Source: Nanobdellota archaeon (GTDB lineage Archaea > Nanobdellota > Nanobdellia > SCGC-AAA011-G17 > JACPNG01). Taken from it: 20,981 nt of DNA. The position numbers and the translations under genes were made by a program. The notes beneath the pieces are model-generated. The model was not told the DNA's origin, did not search any database, and saw only the letters and a list, made by a program, of their open reading frames with translations. Numbering within the stretch: the first letter of the stretch is position 1; each line of letters begins with the position of its first letter. This document shows, piece by piece, positions 1-7,579 of this stretch. The stretch spans positions 51,183 through 72,163 of the forward strand of contig JBBSWJ010000019.1 in NCBI GenBank assembly GCA_038046345.1. The letters run 5' to 3'.

Positions 1-684
1 GGTATCTGATGGATCATAGCGTGGATCTAGTTTGCTAAGCATAGCTCTAGCTTCGTGGTCATTTGGTTTAATTAGTCTAGCATCAGCATACGATAAGTAA
101 GCAGCAGTTCGTGGATCAACAATTAATGGTATACCCAAATTTTTAATAGCAAAAACTACCCCTTTTTTAGCTATTCCTTTAGAATAGTCAGATAGTAAGA
201 CCACGTCATAATAATTTTTATTGGCTATAATTGTGTTTACAATTTTGTTTTTATCATCTACATGAAGCCCCGGCGTTTCTTTATCATGTCTTAATCCTGT
301 TGGCATGTTATTCCTGTTAGTGGCAAAAAAACGGATTTTAGTAGTTGTTTGAGCATTATCTGAAAGTTCTAAACCTGATGTATCAATGCCACCCGGTAGT
401 TTACCTACTAGCGAGGTTATACTTTCCATAAAATTTTCAGCGTGTTCATCATTTCCCAGAGTACCTACAGTTAGTACATGCGCTCCTAAGGCCGCAATGT
501 TAACTGTGCTGTTTCCGGCCCCACCGGGCGTGAATGTTTTGTACTGCTCTAAAAAGACAGGTACTGTAGATTCTGGTGATACTCTTGTGACTTCACCAAA
601 AAAAGATTTATCGAGCATAAAATCACCAACAACCATTACTCTTACTTTAGCAAAACTTTTCGTTGTTAAAACTATATTGTCCAT
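1..684 (-). CDS. rfaE: D-glycero-D-manno-heptose-7-phosphate kinase (HldE/RfaE domain I, PfkB family); partial, runs off the left window edge
   Basis: Hand translation from ATG 684 (in-frame TGA just upstream at 691-693) is open to position 1: MDNIVLTTKSFAKVRVMVVGDFMLDKSFFGEVTRVSPESTVPV...PGGAGNSTVNIAALG...VVLLSDYSKG...IVDP...IKPNDHEA. These match RfaE motifs VGDxMLD, RxSPExxVPV, GGAxN, SDYxKG, VDP, PNxxE. Confidence 0.9.
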   Translation of the reverse strand, partial: MDNIVLTTKSFAKVRVMVVGDFMLDKSFFGEVTRVSPESTVPVFLEQYKTFTPGGAGNSTVNIAALGAHVLTVGTLGNDEHAENFMESITSLVGKLPGGIDTSGLELSDNAQTTTKIRFFATNRNNMPTGLRHDKETPGLHVDDKNKIVNTIIANKNYYDVVLLSDYSKGIAKKGVVFAIKNLGIPLIVDPRTAAYLSYADARLIKPNDHEARAMLSKLDPRYDPSDT

Positions 685-705
685 AGCAGTTCAAATAAAA
701 ATCTT

Positions 706-713
706 GTTTAAAA
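706..713 (-). promoter_or_regulatory. TATA box for rfaE
   Basis: TTTTAAAC on minus strand, 22-29 nt upstream of ATG 684. Confidence 0.5.
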
Positions 714-844
714 TGATTATTGTGATAGAGTTTTCACTAGCTTAATCTTTGATTATATGCAACTATTGTTGAGTAATGAAAAAATAGTAAGATGGATATT
801 AATAGAAGTACTTAGAGAGTATAAAGGATATAAGAGGTATAAAA

Positions 845-982
845 ATGTTTAGACAAATAAAAACAGCATTTAGAAGCGCAGTAAAAGATTTAGTAGCATT
901 TATGCCAGGTTCAATAACTGCGCAAGCACCATGTTTTACAGAAAGTTACCAAGATGTATTACTAAGCCATAGAAATGAGTAG
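845..982 (+). CDS. Putative 45-aa small protein (MFRQIKTAFRSAVKDLVAFMPGSITAQAPCFTESYQDVLLSHRNE)
   Basis: ATG 845 to TAG 982, SD-like AGAGGT at 833-838; fills an otherwise empty gap; no recognisable homology. Confidence 0.3.
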   Translation: MFRQIKTAFRSAVKDLVAFMPGSITAQAPCFTESYQDVLLSHRNE

Positions 983-1043
983 AAACAGAAAGATCTGATT
1001 GATGTCTAAACCTTTAGTTTATATAGTGTAAATACTTAACTTC

Positions 1044-1628
1044 ATGATGACTTTTGTTACAATAGCAAAAAATCTTGTTTTAGGATTAGGAATATTAATT
1101 GTATTTATGCTAGTGTTAGGATACGGATTCAGTGCATTATATCCAAGCCCAGAATATCATAATTATTGCAAAGAAAAAATGAGGGAACCAAAAATTTCTT
1201 ACATCCCAGAATACGCACAACAATGTGACAATGCGTTTAATTTATTACAAAATAAAGTTAATGAATGCAGCTTTAATGAAGGTCTTCCAATATTTGAGTA
1301 CGATCAAAATAATTGCCCAAAAGATGTGAAATGTGATTTTTGTAATTTAGAATATAATCAAGCAAGAGACTCTTACAGCAATGTCGTATTTGTAGCATCA
1401 TTACTTATAGGGGTATTGGTAATTATAATTGGAGTGGTTATTTTTACTATAGAACCAGTTGGAACTGCGCTAATAGCCTCAGGCATAGGTGCAATAATCT
1501 ATGGAACAATCGTTAACTGGAGAAACTTTGGGGATTTATGGAGATTTATATTATTGTTTATTGCTTTAGTATTCTTAATCATTCTAGCAATATTTTTGAA
1601 TAAGAAAAAAGTTTTAAAAAAGAAATAA
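1044..1628 (+). CDS. Hypothetical integral membrane protein with a Cys-rich extracytoplasmic loop
   Basis: One N-terminal TM, a loop with six Cys, then three C-terminal hydrophobic segments and a Lys-rich tail. TTTATATA at 1018-1025 favours ATG 1047 as start. Confidence 0.8.
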   Translation: MMTFVTIAKNLVLGLGILIVFMLVLGYGFSALYPSPEYHNYCKEKMREPKISYIPEYAQQCDNAFNLLQNKVNECSFNEGLPIFEYDQNNCPKDVKCDFCNLEYNQARDSYSNVVFVASLLIGVLVIIIGVVIFTIEPVGTALIASGIGAIIYGTIVNWRNFGDLWRFILLFIALVFLIILAIFLNKKKVLKKK

Positions 1629-1629
1629 A

Positions 1630-2346
1630 TTATTTATTATAAATACTTGGATCTTTAACATTAGCCCAATAAAAAGCAGCTTGTCTTTGACGGCAATTAG
1701 AACAATAACCACAATGAGCTGGTAAATTATTTTTAAAATCGCTACCAGTATAACAACTGTAAGTAAATTCTAAAGGAACTTTTAGTTTTTGAGCTAAACT
1801 AACAATTTCATCTTTATCAAAATCAATTAATGGAGCAATTACTTTATAACCACCATGATGAGTGCACTCTTCTGCAAGATTATTAATGGCGTTAACAAAA
1901 CTTGGAGTAGAATCCTTAAAAGTTATCTGGCCCTCCTTTTTTATGCCGATTATTATGTCGTATCGCTCTTTAGTTTTAATAAATAAAGATTCAGCATGAG
2001 CCAGGGCAGAAATTAAAAATAAAGCATTTCTGCAAGGAACATACCAATTCAGCACATCTTTTTTTTCACGCTTAATATCTTCAAGATCTTTCATGGTAGT
2101 TTCTTGAACTGTTTTATTAGAATTGATCATTGAAGTGCTAATATCATTAAGCCATCTGATATCAATAACTTTAAAAGAAACGTTAAGTTTTTTAGCAATG
2201 GCTTTCATACAAAAAAGCTCTTCACCTAAACATCGTTGTCCATAATCAAAGAATAATAAACTAATTTTTTCATAATTTCTCTTAACATAATAAGCAGCAG
2301 TAACGCTGTCCAATCCGCCGGAAGTTACCACAATTGCATTACTCAT
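1630..2346 (-). CDS. queC: 7-cyano-7-deazaguanine synthase (QueC family)
   Basis: SGGLDS PP-loop, FDYGQR, YVPCRN, and C-terminal Zn motif SCY...CGYCSNC. ATG 2346 (MSNAIVV) preferred over the TTG at 2355. Confidence 0.92.
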   Translation of the reverse strand: MSNAIVVTSGGLDSVTAAYYVKRNYEKISLLFFDYGQRCLGEELFCMKAIAKKLNVSFKVIDIRWLNDISTSMINSNKTVQETTMKDLEDIKREKKDVLNWYVPCRNALFLISALAHAESLFIKTKERYDIIIGIKKEGQITFKDSTPSFVNAINNLAEECTHHGGYKVIAPLIDFDKDEIVSLAQKLKVPLEFTYSCYTGSDFKNNLPAHCGYCSNCRQRQAAFYWANVKDPSIYNK

Positions 2347-2368
2347 TTTATTCAATGATACAAAAATC

Positions 2369-2376
2369 TTATAAAT
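2369..2376. promoter_or_regulatory. Centrally placed TATA element serving divergent queC and aIF5A-like genes
   Basis: TTATAAAT (+) / ATTTATAA (-); 21-28 nt from ATG 2397 (+) and 23-30 nt from ATG 2346 (-). Confidence 0.55.
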
Positions 2377-2396
2377 ATTATCCTGTCCATGATGGC

Positions 2397-2594
2397 ATGG
2401 TTATAGCAAAAGATCTGAAAGAAGGGGATAAAATCACCTATGAAGGAGCTGTATTTGAAATAAAAAAAATACAAATTTCTAAAATAGGGAAGCATGGGAG
2501 ATCTAAATGCAGATTAGAAGTTGTTAACAAAGAAACAAAAGAAGAACTAATATTGATTAAACCATCAGAACAAGAATTTGAAACTGTATCATAA
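2397..2594 (+). CDS. aIF5A/eIF5A-like protein, N-terminal hypusine-loop domain only (65 aa)
   Basis: MVIAKDLKEGDKITYEGAVFEIKKIQISKIGKHGRSKCRLEVV matches the IF5A N-domain with GKHG. Start 2397 chosen from TATA spacing. Stop overlaps the next ATG (TAATG). Confidence 0.8.
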   Translation: MVIAKDLKEGDKITYEGAVFEIKKIQISKIGKHGRSKCRLEVVNKETKEELILIKPSEQEFETVS

Positions 2595-3499
2595 TGATAT
2601 ACATAGTAATTACTAGCTACAATGAACCGCTTGCTACAATAAAAGCAATAGAGTCAGTACTAAAGCAAGAATTTTCTAAAGAGTTTAAGCTAATAATCGC
2701 AGATCCCTTTGAAGACGTGTTATGGGATTTAGAAGAAAAATTTGGAAATAAAATTGAGTATTACCAGGATGAAGGGAAAGGTAAAAGTGTTACACTAAAT
2801 CAGATCATAAAACAGTATTACTCAAAAAATAAAGATGAAATATTTATATTTACAGACGGAGATGTTTATCTAACAGAAGGAAGCATACAGAAAATAATTG
2901 ATGCTTTTGAAGATAAAACTATTGGAGTAGTATGCGGGCAGCCAATTTCTATGAATTCTAAAGATAATATGCTAGGGTATTGGTCTCACTTGTTATTATC
3001 TGAGATGAATAAAACAAGAAAAAAAGCTCATCAAAAGAAAGAATTCTTTGAAGTAAGCGGGTACTTGTTTGCAATGAGAAATGGGGTAATAAATAGTTTT
3101 CCTGTAAATGCTTCTGAAGATAATGTGATACCAGCATTGTTTTGGAGTAAAGGGTATAAAATTGGTTATGCAGAAGAAGCAAAAGTGATGGTACTTAATC
3201 CGCAAAACTTTAAAGACTGGGTAATACAGAAAAAGAGAAATTTGAAAGGGCATATCTCATTAAAGTACGTGAATGCTAAAAACACACCAAGGAAAAATAC
3301 ATTCTTTGGAGAAGCAATTAGGGGTTTAAGATTTGTATTTATTTATCCTAGCAATGTTAAAGAATTCTTTTGGACTTTTGGAGTGTTATATGGAAGGTTA
3401 CACGTATGGGCATTAGCATATTATGAAAGTAAGTTTAAAGAGGATTATAAAGATGGCTGGAGGGAAGAGACTACAGATTCAACAAAACCTCTTGATTAA
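2594..3499 (+). CDS. Glycosyltransferase family 2
   Basis: IVITSYNE start, FTDGD DxD motif, SED...GY...A.V...P and QKKRN (QxxRW-like). Confidence 0.9.
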   Translation: MIYIVITSYNEPLATIKAIESVLKQEFSKEFKLIIADPFEDVLWDLEEKFGNKIEYYQDEGKGKSVTLNQIIKQYYSKNKDEIFIFTDGDVYLTEGSIQKIIDAFEDKTIGVVCGQPISMNSKDNMLGYWSHLLLSEMNKTRKKAHQKKEFFEVSGYLFAMRNGVINSFPVNASEDNVIPALFWSKGYKIGYAEEAKVMVLNPQNFKDWVIQKKRNLKGHISLKYVNAKNTPRKNTFFGEAIRGLRFVFIYPSNVKEFFWTFGVLYGRLHVWALAYYESKFKEDYKDGWREETTDSTKPLD

Positions 3500-4064
3500 T
3501 ATTTTTTAAAGTGTTATTATTGATTTGGATAATCTTAATCCTTTCAGGAAAAGCTTTAGCAATATCCTTAAAACCTTGGTCTAATTTTTTTAGGAAAAGT
3601 TTTTCTTCTGTTGAATATTTTTTTTGATTTCTTTCTTCAGCCCTTTTAATACAACTTTCAAAAGAATCTGTTAATAAAATTGTTTTATCCGGAACATTGC
3701 CTAAAAGTTTTCTTTTTTCCCAAAGTTTTTTAAAATTTGTAATTAAATCACCTTTAAGTTGAACTGCAGTGTATAAGCATGTAGTATCTGCGCCACGATC
3801 TTGCAAAACTATTTTGTTATTTTTTATGCTTGGAGCTACTTTCTCTTGGTGTATTATTGAATCTACTTTTGAAAACGCTTCAAATTCTATCATTGGTTTG
3901 TTGCTTCTAAAAAAAATATCGTTATTTTTTAATGAGTTAATAATTTTTAGTGCTTCACCATCGCATTCGTCATCGAGAATAACCTCAAACTTAGGATTAT
4001 TTTTTAGCTTTCTTAAGAAAAAACTTTTTCCTACGCCTTCAAGCCCTTCAAAGGTTATGTACAT
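3471..4064 (-). CDS. tmk: Thymidylate (dTMP) kinase family protein
   Basis: ITFEGLEGVGKS P-loop at the N-terminus, VLQDRG (DR motif), PDKTILL, lid region CIKRAEER. Confidence 0.8.
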   Translation of the reverse strand: MYITFEGLEGVGKSFFLRKLKNNPKFEVILDDECDGEALKIINSLKNNDIFFRSNKPMIEFEAFSKVDSIIHQEKVAPSIKNNKIVLQDRGADTTCLYTAVQLKGDLITNFKKLWEKRKLLGNVPDKTILLTDSFESCIKRAEERNQKKYSTEEKLFLKKLDQGFKDIAKAFPERIKIIQINNNTLKNINQEVLLNL

Positions 4065-4443
4065 TTTTTAAAACCATCCTTAATTCTTTTATGGAGTGTA
4101 CTAATTTAGCTGATTGGCTGATCATGGGGTTAAGAGTAGTTAATCTTGAATCTGTAACAAGCCCAATACATTTGATGTTTTTACTGAAAGCATAACCAAG
4201 CTCCCAAGCAGTGCCGGAGTCAATATCATTCCCGCTTAATATTGCGATTATCATTTGGCAGGTGTCAATGCCTGCTTTATCTTTTTTGAAAATAATCTTT
4301 TCATCTGTGCCTTTGCTTATTAAACCTGCATCTCTATGCGGGAGAAATGTGTCAAATCCAAGGTCTTTGCATACCCTATTAACCTCTTCTAACAGCGTTC
4401 TTTCAATCTCACTGAATAATGGTCCTGCAATATATACTATCAT
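4048..4443 (-). CDS. Nucleoside 2-deoxyribosyltransferase / N-glycosidase family protein
   Basis: VYIAGPLFS, FLPHRD, IFxxD, DSGTAWELGYA (catalytic Glu), NPMI. Confidence 0.88.
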   Translation of the reverse strand: MIVYIAGPLFSEIERTLLEEVNRVCKDLGFDTFLPHRDAGLISKGTDEKIIFKKDKAGIDTCQMIIAILSGNDIDSGTAWELGYAFSKNIKCIGLVTDSRLTTLNPMISQSAKLVHSIKELRMVLKNVHNL

Positions 4444-4496
4444 TTTGTATGTTTAAATTAGGAAGATTAAAAAAACTTACCATGCCATTTTAAGAA

Positions 4497-5606
4497 ATGG
4501 AAATAAAATGGAATAGAAACTGTAAAGAATATAATGGAGTATATGCGTGTGATATCCTAAAAAGTGAAGGATATAACAGCTGTAATGACTGCGATTTTTA
4601 TGAGCCAAGAGGCAAAAAAATATTTATAATAAAACTAGGCGCATCAGGCGATGTATTAAGAACAACACCAATCTTAAAGGCAATAAAAAAGAAATATGGA
4701 AGCGACTGTCATATCACATGGTTAACAAAAGATTTCAATAGAGAATTATTATACGAGAATGAACTAATTGATGAAGTGATAACATTAAGCGAAGATATAA
4801 TGAGATTAAAATATGAACAATTTGATGTTTTATTCAATTTTGAGATTGATACACCGGCTACACTTATAGCCAGAGAGATAAATGCTGTACAGAAATTTGG
4901 ATACTTTTTTGACAGTGACGGCCATCCATCAGCGTATAACCCTAAAGCAGAATTTTATCTAAACAGAGCATTATCAGACAAGATAAACAAAAGCAACACC
5001 AAGACATATCAAGAGATGATATTTGAAATAGCAGAATTAGATTACAACCAGGAAGATTATATCTTGAACTTAACTGACGATGAGAAAGAATTAAGCGTTA
5101 AACTAAGAGAGCCTTACAAAGGACTACCAATAATTGGAGTTGTAGTCGGAGCAGGATCAAGATGGCCATCTAAACAATGGGACAGAGATAATTTAATCGG
5201 TCTAATCAAAAAACTCCGCGGTGTAATATTATTATTATCCGGACCAAATGAACCTGAAGGGATACAGCAAGAAATAGTAAAGGAACTAAAAAATCATCAA
5301 TTTCCAATAATGATGAATAACCCGCATAATACCCTAAGAGAGTTTATCAGCGCAGTAAACGCATGTGACTTGTTTATTTGCGGAGACAGCTTAGCTTTAC
5401 ATATAGCATTAGCTTTACAAAAAAAAACAGTTGGGCTATTTTTTTGCACTCCAGACTGGGAGGTTGAAGGCTATGGCAGGTTAAAGAAATTAGTAAGCCC
5501 GTTGTTAATGAAGCATTTCTATACCGATGAGAAAGTAAAAGAACTAGGAACAAGTATTACAATAAAAGAAGTTATAGAAAAAGTTAAAGAATTTCAAACT
5601 AATTAG
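4497..5606 (+). CDS. Glycosyltransferase family 9 (heptosyltransferase-like) with N-terminal Cys4 extension
   Basis: IIKLGASGDVLRTTP, GAGSRWPSKQW, ICGDSLALHIALAL; N-terminal C-x8-C-x10-C-x2-C. Confidence 0.9.
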   Translation: MEIKWNRNCKEYNGVYACDILKSEGYNSCNDCDFYEPRGKKIFIIKLGASGDVLRTTPILKAIKKKYGSDCHITWLTKDFNRELLYENELIDEVITLSEDIMRLKYEQFDVLFNFEIDTPATLIAREINAVQKFGYFFDSDGHPSAYNPKAEFYLNRALSDKINKSNTKTYQEMIFEIAELDYNQEDYILNLTDDEKELSVKLREPYKGLPIIGVVVGAGSRWPSKQWDRDNLIGLIKKLRGVILLLSGPNEPEGIQQEIVKELKNHQFPIMMNNPHNTLREFISAVNACDLFICGDSLALHIALALQKKTVGLFFCTPDWEVEGYGRLKKLVSPLLMKHFYTDEKVKELGTSITIKEVIEKVKEFQTN

Positions 5607-5619
5607 AAAAGATGATAAC

Positions 5620-6078
5620 ATGGATATAATTCAATCTATAGGAGTAATAAAAAAAGAAGCAGAGATTTTTATAGCACAAGTTCTTTTAAGACTGCAAGAA
5701 GAAGGAATCAATTTTAGTCATAGCCCAATAGGCCATGTCTGCTATCAAGTAGCTAATGTAAATAGATATAAAGAATTACACCAAGTATTATTAGATGATG
5801 GAAATGAAGTAATATATGATAATATGTTTAAACTTAAAACACCAATAAACTGTAACTCAATATTTGGGGAGTATAATGTTTCATGCTTAGAACTACTAGC
5901 ACCGCGAGGAGAAAAGCTTTCTAGTGAAGGTTTTAGGCGTTTAGAATTTTTAGTATCAGACATTAATCAATTTGCAGAACTTTATCCAGTATTCTCAAAT
6001 ACTGATATATCACCGGGAAGAAGAACATGCAGTGCTGTATTTGATGGGGTTACAGTAAAGGTTGCTGAATACAGTTAG
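5620..6078 (+). CDS. VOC-fold protein, YecM-like
   Basis: GHVCYQV near the N-terminus, ELLAP and EGFRRLEF resemble YecM DHI.LR / ELP.P / EGWEHIE. Confidence 0.6.
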   Translation: MDIIQSIGVIKKEAEIFIAQVLLRLQEEGINFSHSPIGHVCYQVANVNRYKELHQVLLDDGNEVIYDNMFKLKTPINCNSIFGEYNVSCLELLAPRGEKLSSEGFRRLEFLVSDINQFAELYPVFSNTDISPGRRTCSAVFDGVTVKVAEYS

Positions 6079-6091
6079 TGATGATACCAAG

Positions 6092-6124
6092 AGAAAATTA
6101 AGCCCGATATCTAACCTTGTTATA
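6092..6124. repeat. 33-bp direct repeat, copy 1 (orphan copy of the radical SAM 3' end)
   Basis: agaaaattaagcccgatatctaaccttgttata; 30/33 identical to 7547-7579; minus strand reads YNKVRYRA*. Confidence 0.92.
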
Positions 6125-6128
6125 TTGT

Positions 6129-6830
6129 TTACTTGTTATTTTTTTCTAAGATCTTTTTAATCAACATTTTGGCTGCATGAAAATTCTGTTCTCTGTAAGA
6201 GAAAGGTCCAAATATTCCTTTGAAGCTATCATTAAATTGTGGCTTGTTAAGAAAGTCTGATTGTTTTTTTATTGATTCTTTTAGCTTGTTTACATCTCCT
6301 TTTTGCAAATGCTTTTTAAGCCTTCCAATATTGCATGGCATTAATGCAACAATGTCTCTAATATCAGATAGTCTACCGCTATGTAATTTCATAGCAATGA
6401 GGAGTTCTTTCTCCGGAGTTAAAAATTCAAAATTATTTAGTTTTCTTTTTGTAGAATTTCCTTTGATATAATCTAACCCCCATATTGCGTCTGTTGTCCT
6501 AGAAACTAAGCCATTAATCAGCAAATCAATGTCTATAGGAAGATTTTTCATCTTCTTTGTAAACCGTTTAAAATTAGCTCCATAAATTAATTCTACATTT
6601 TTTTCATAGTGTAAGGTGTAACCTTCTTTTTTTAGAAGCTTTTCATATACCATGAGCTCTTCTTCTTTTATTACTATGTCTAAATCAATTGAGAATCTTT
6701 TTTTGTAAGTTGAAACTGCGTAACCGCCCACTACTACAAAGTATAATTTTTTGTCTAAAAGAAGATTAATGATCCTCATAACTTCTTGTTCTCTTTCCAG
6801 CAATCCAATCCGTGAATTAGTTTTATACAT
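6129..6830 (-). CDS. Nucleotidyltransferase (pol-beta superfamily, AbiEii/type IV toxin-like)
   Basis: VVVGGYAV...RFSIDLDIV (GG/A + DxD), IDIDLL, KLHSGRLSDIRD (K...R.xD helix). Confidence 0.8.
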   Translation of the reverse strand: MYKTNSRIGLLEREQEVMRIINLLLDKKLYFVVVGGYAVSTYKKRFSIDLDIVIKEEELMVYEKLLKKEGYTLHYEKNVELIYGANFKRFTKKMKNLPIDIDLLINGLVSRTTDAIWGLDYIKGNSTKRKLNNFEFLTPEKELLIAMKLHSGRLSDIRDIVALMPCNIGRLKKHLQKGDVNKLKESIKKQSDFLNKPQFNDSFKGIFGPFSYREQNFHAAKMLIKKILEKNNK

Positions 6831-7476
6831 TTGTTGATATCTCTGCGTATCTTTCGTTTAATCTTAAATTGTAAATCTTGTTTAATTGCTCTAAGATGTT
6901 TTCTAAATGTAATTCTTTCCCCCAATTAACTAATTCATTTAAGGGCATAACAGGTATACCATTTATTTTTTCTATTTTTAAATTATCTTTCTCTATAACC
7001 CAGACTAATGGTCTTTTGTTATTTTTTTCTCCTTCAGTATAACTAATTCCTTCTTTTTTCAAGGCTTTTTTTAATTTATCTTCATCTTTTTTTTCAACTT
7101 CTAAAAAATAAATTCTATCGTAGAAATCTCCTGTGATAAAACCACCTTTTGTCCATATCGCTGCAGCTGTTCCTTTTACAAATCTTATTCTTAATTTTAA
7201 TATTTTAATTAAATCCCAAAAGTTATTATCTTTTTCAATAACAGAAGTAGCAGTATCTAATTCTTTAAATTTTTTGTAGATTAAATTCTTGTTAATTTTG
7301 ATGATATTTTTATTTCCATTTCTGATTAAATTAATAACTTCGTACTTTTCTAATTCTAATACCCATTTGTAAACTGCAGAATAAGCAAATCCAATCTTAG
7401 AAGCTAAGCTATAAATGCTTTCTCCGTCTTCTGCATTTTTTACTATGCTCATTGTTATTTCATTTACTATTACCAT
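6823..7476 (-). CDS. HTH DNA-binding protein, putative antitoxin (AbiEi-like partner)
   Basis: N-terminal HTH SIYSLASKIGFAYSAVYKWVLELEK plus wing; 8-bp overlap with the NTase gene. Confidence 0.7.
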   Translation of the reverse strand: MVIVNEITMSIVKNAEDGESIYSLASKIGFAYSAVYKWVLELEKYEVINLIRNGNKNIIKINKNLIYKKFKELDTATSVIEKDNNFWDLIKILKLRIRFVKGTAAAIWTKGGFITGDFYDRIYFLEVEKKDEDKLKKALKKEGISYTEGEKNNKRPLVWVIEKDNLKIEKINGIPVMPLNELVNWGKELHLENILEQLNKIYNLRLNERYAEISTNV

Positions 7477-7495
7477 TATCTTTAGAAAGATAATG
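7474..7495. promoter_or_regulatory. 22-bp inverted repeat, putative operator over the HTH gene start
   Basis: CATTATCTTT-ag-AAAGATAATG, perfect 10-bp arms, between the TATA (7498-7505) and ATG 7476. Confidence 0.7.
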
Positions 7496-7546
7496 AATTT
7501 AAATACTTTTCTATTGTTTTTATTCTATGTAGTTAGAAGACTTAAA

Positions 7547-7579
7547 AGAAAATCAAGCCTGATATCTAACCTTGTCATA
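7547..7579. repeat. 33-bp direct repeat, copy 2 (active 3' end of the radical SAM gene)
   Basis: agaaaatcaagcctgatatctaaccttgtcata; minus strand reads YDKVRYQA*. Confidence 0.92.

Larger units (their letters stand above)
6092..7579 (-). mobile_element. Direct-repeat-bounded HTH + nucleotidyltransferase cassette with no integrase or transposase
   Basis: Two overlapping genes lie exactly between the 33-bp repeats (repeat spacing 1455 bp). Confidence 0.7.

Noticed and set aside
386-745. 119-aa plus-strand ORF
   Set aside because: Antisense shadow of the rfaE kinase, which has clear motifs on the minus strand.
1630-2346. QueC as part of a Qat or type IV CBASS defence system
   Set aside because: No QatA ATPase, TatD, CD-NTase or effector genes nearby.
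2334-2396. Longer N-terminus for the aIF5A-like ORF (starts at 2334 or 2355)
   Set aside because: It would overlap the queC start or the shared TATA; IF5A similarity begins at Met 2397.
7527-7536. ATGTAGTTAG resembling ATGTAGTTTAG at 19183-19193 near the right ends of both cassettes
   Set aside because: Short, gapped and offset differently relative to the repeats; plausible by chance in AT-rich DNA.
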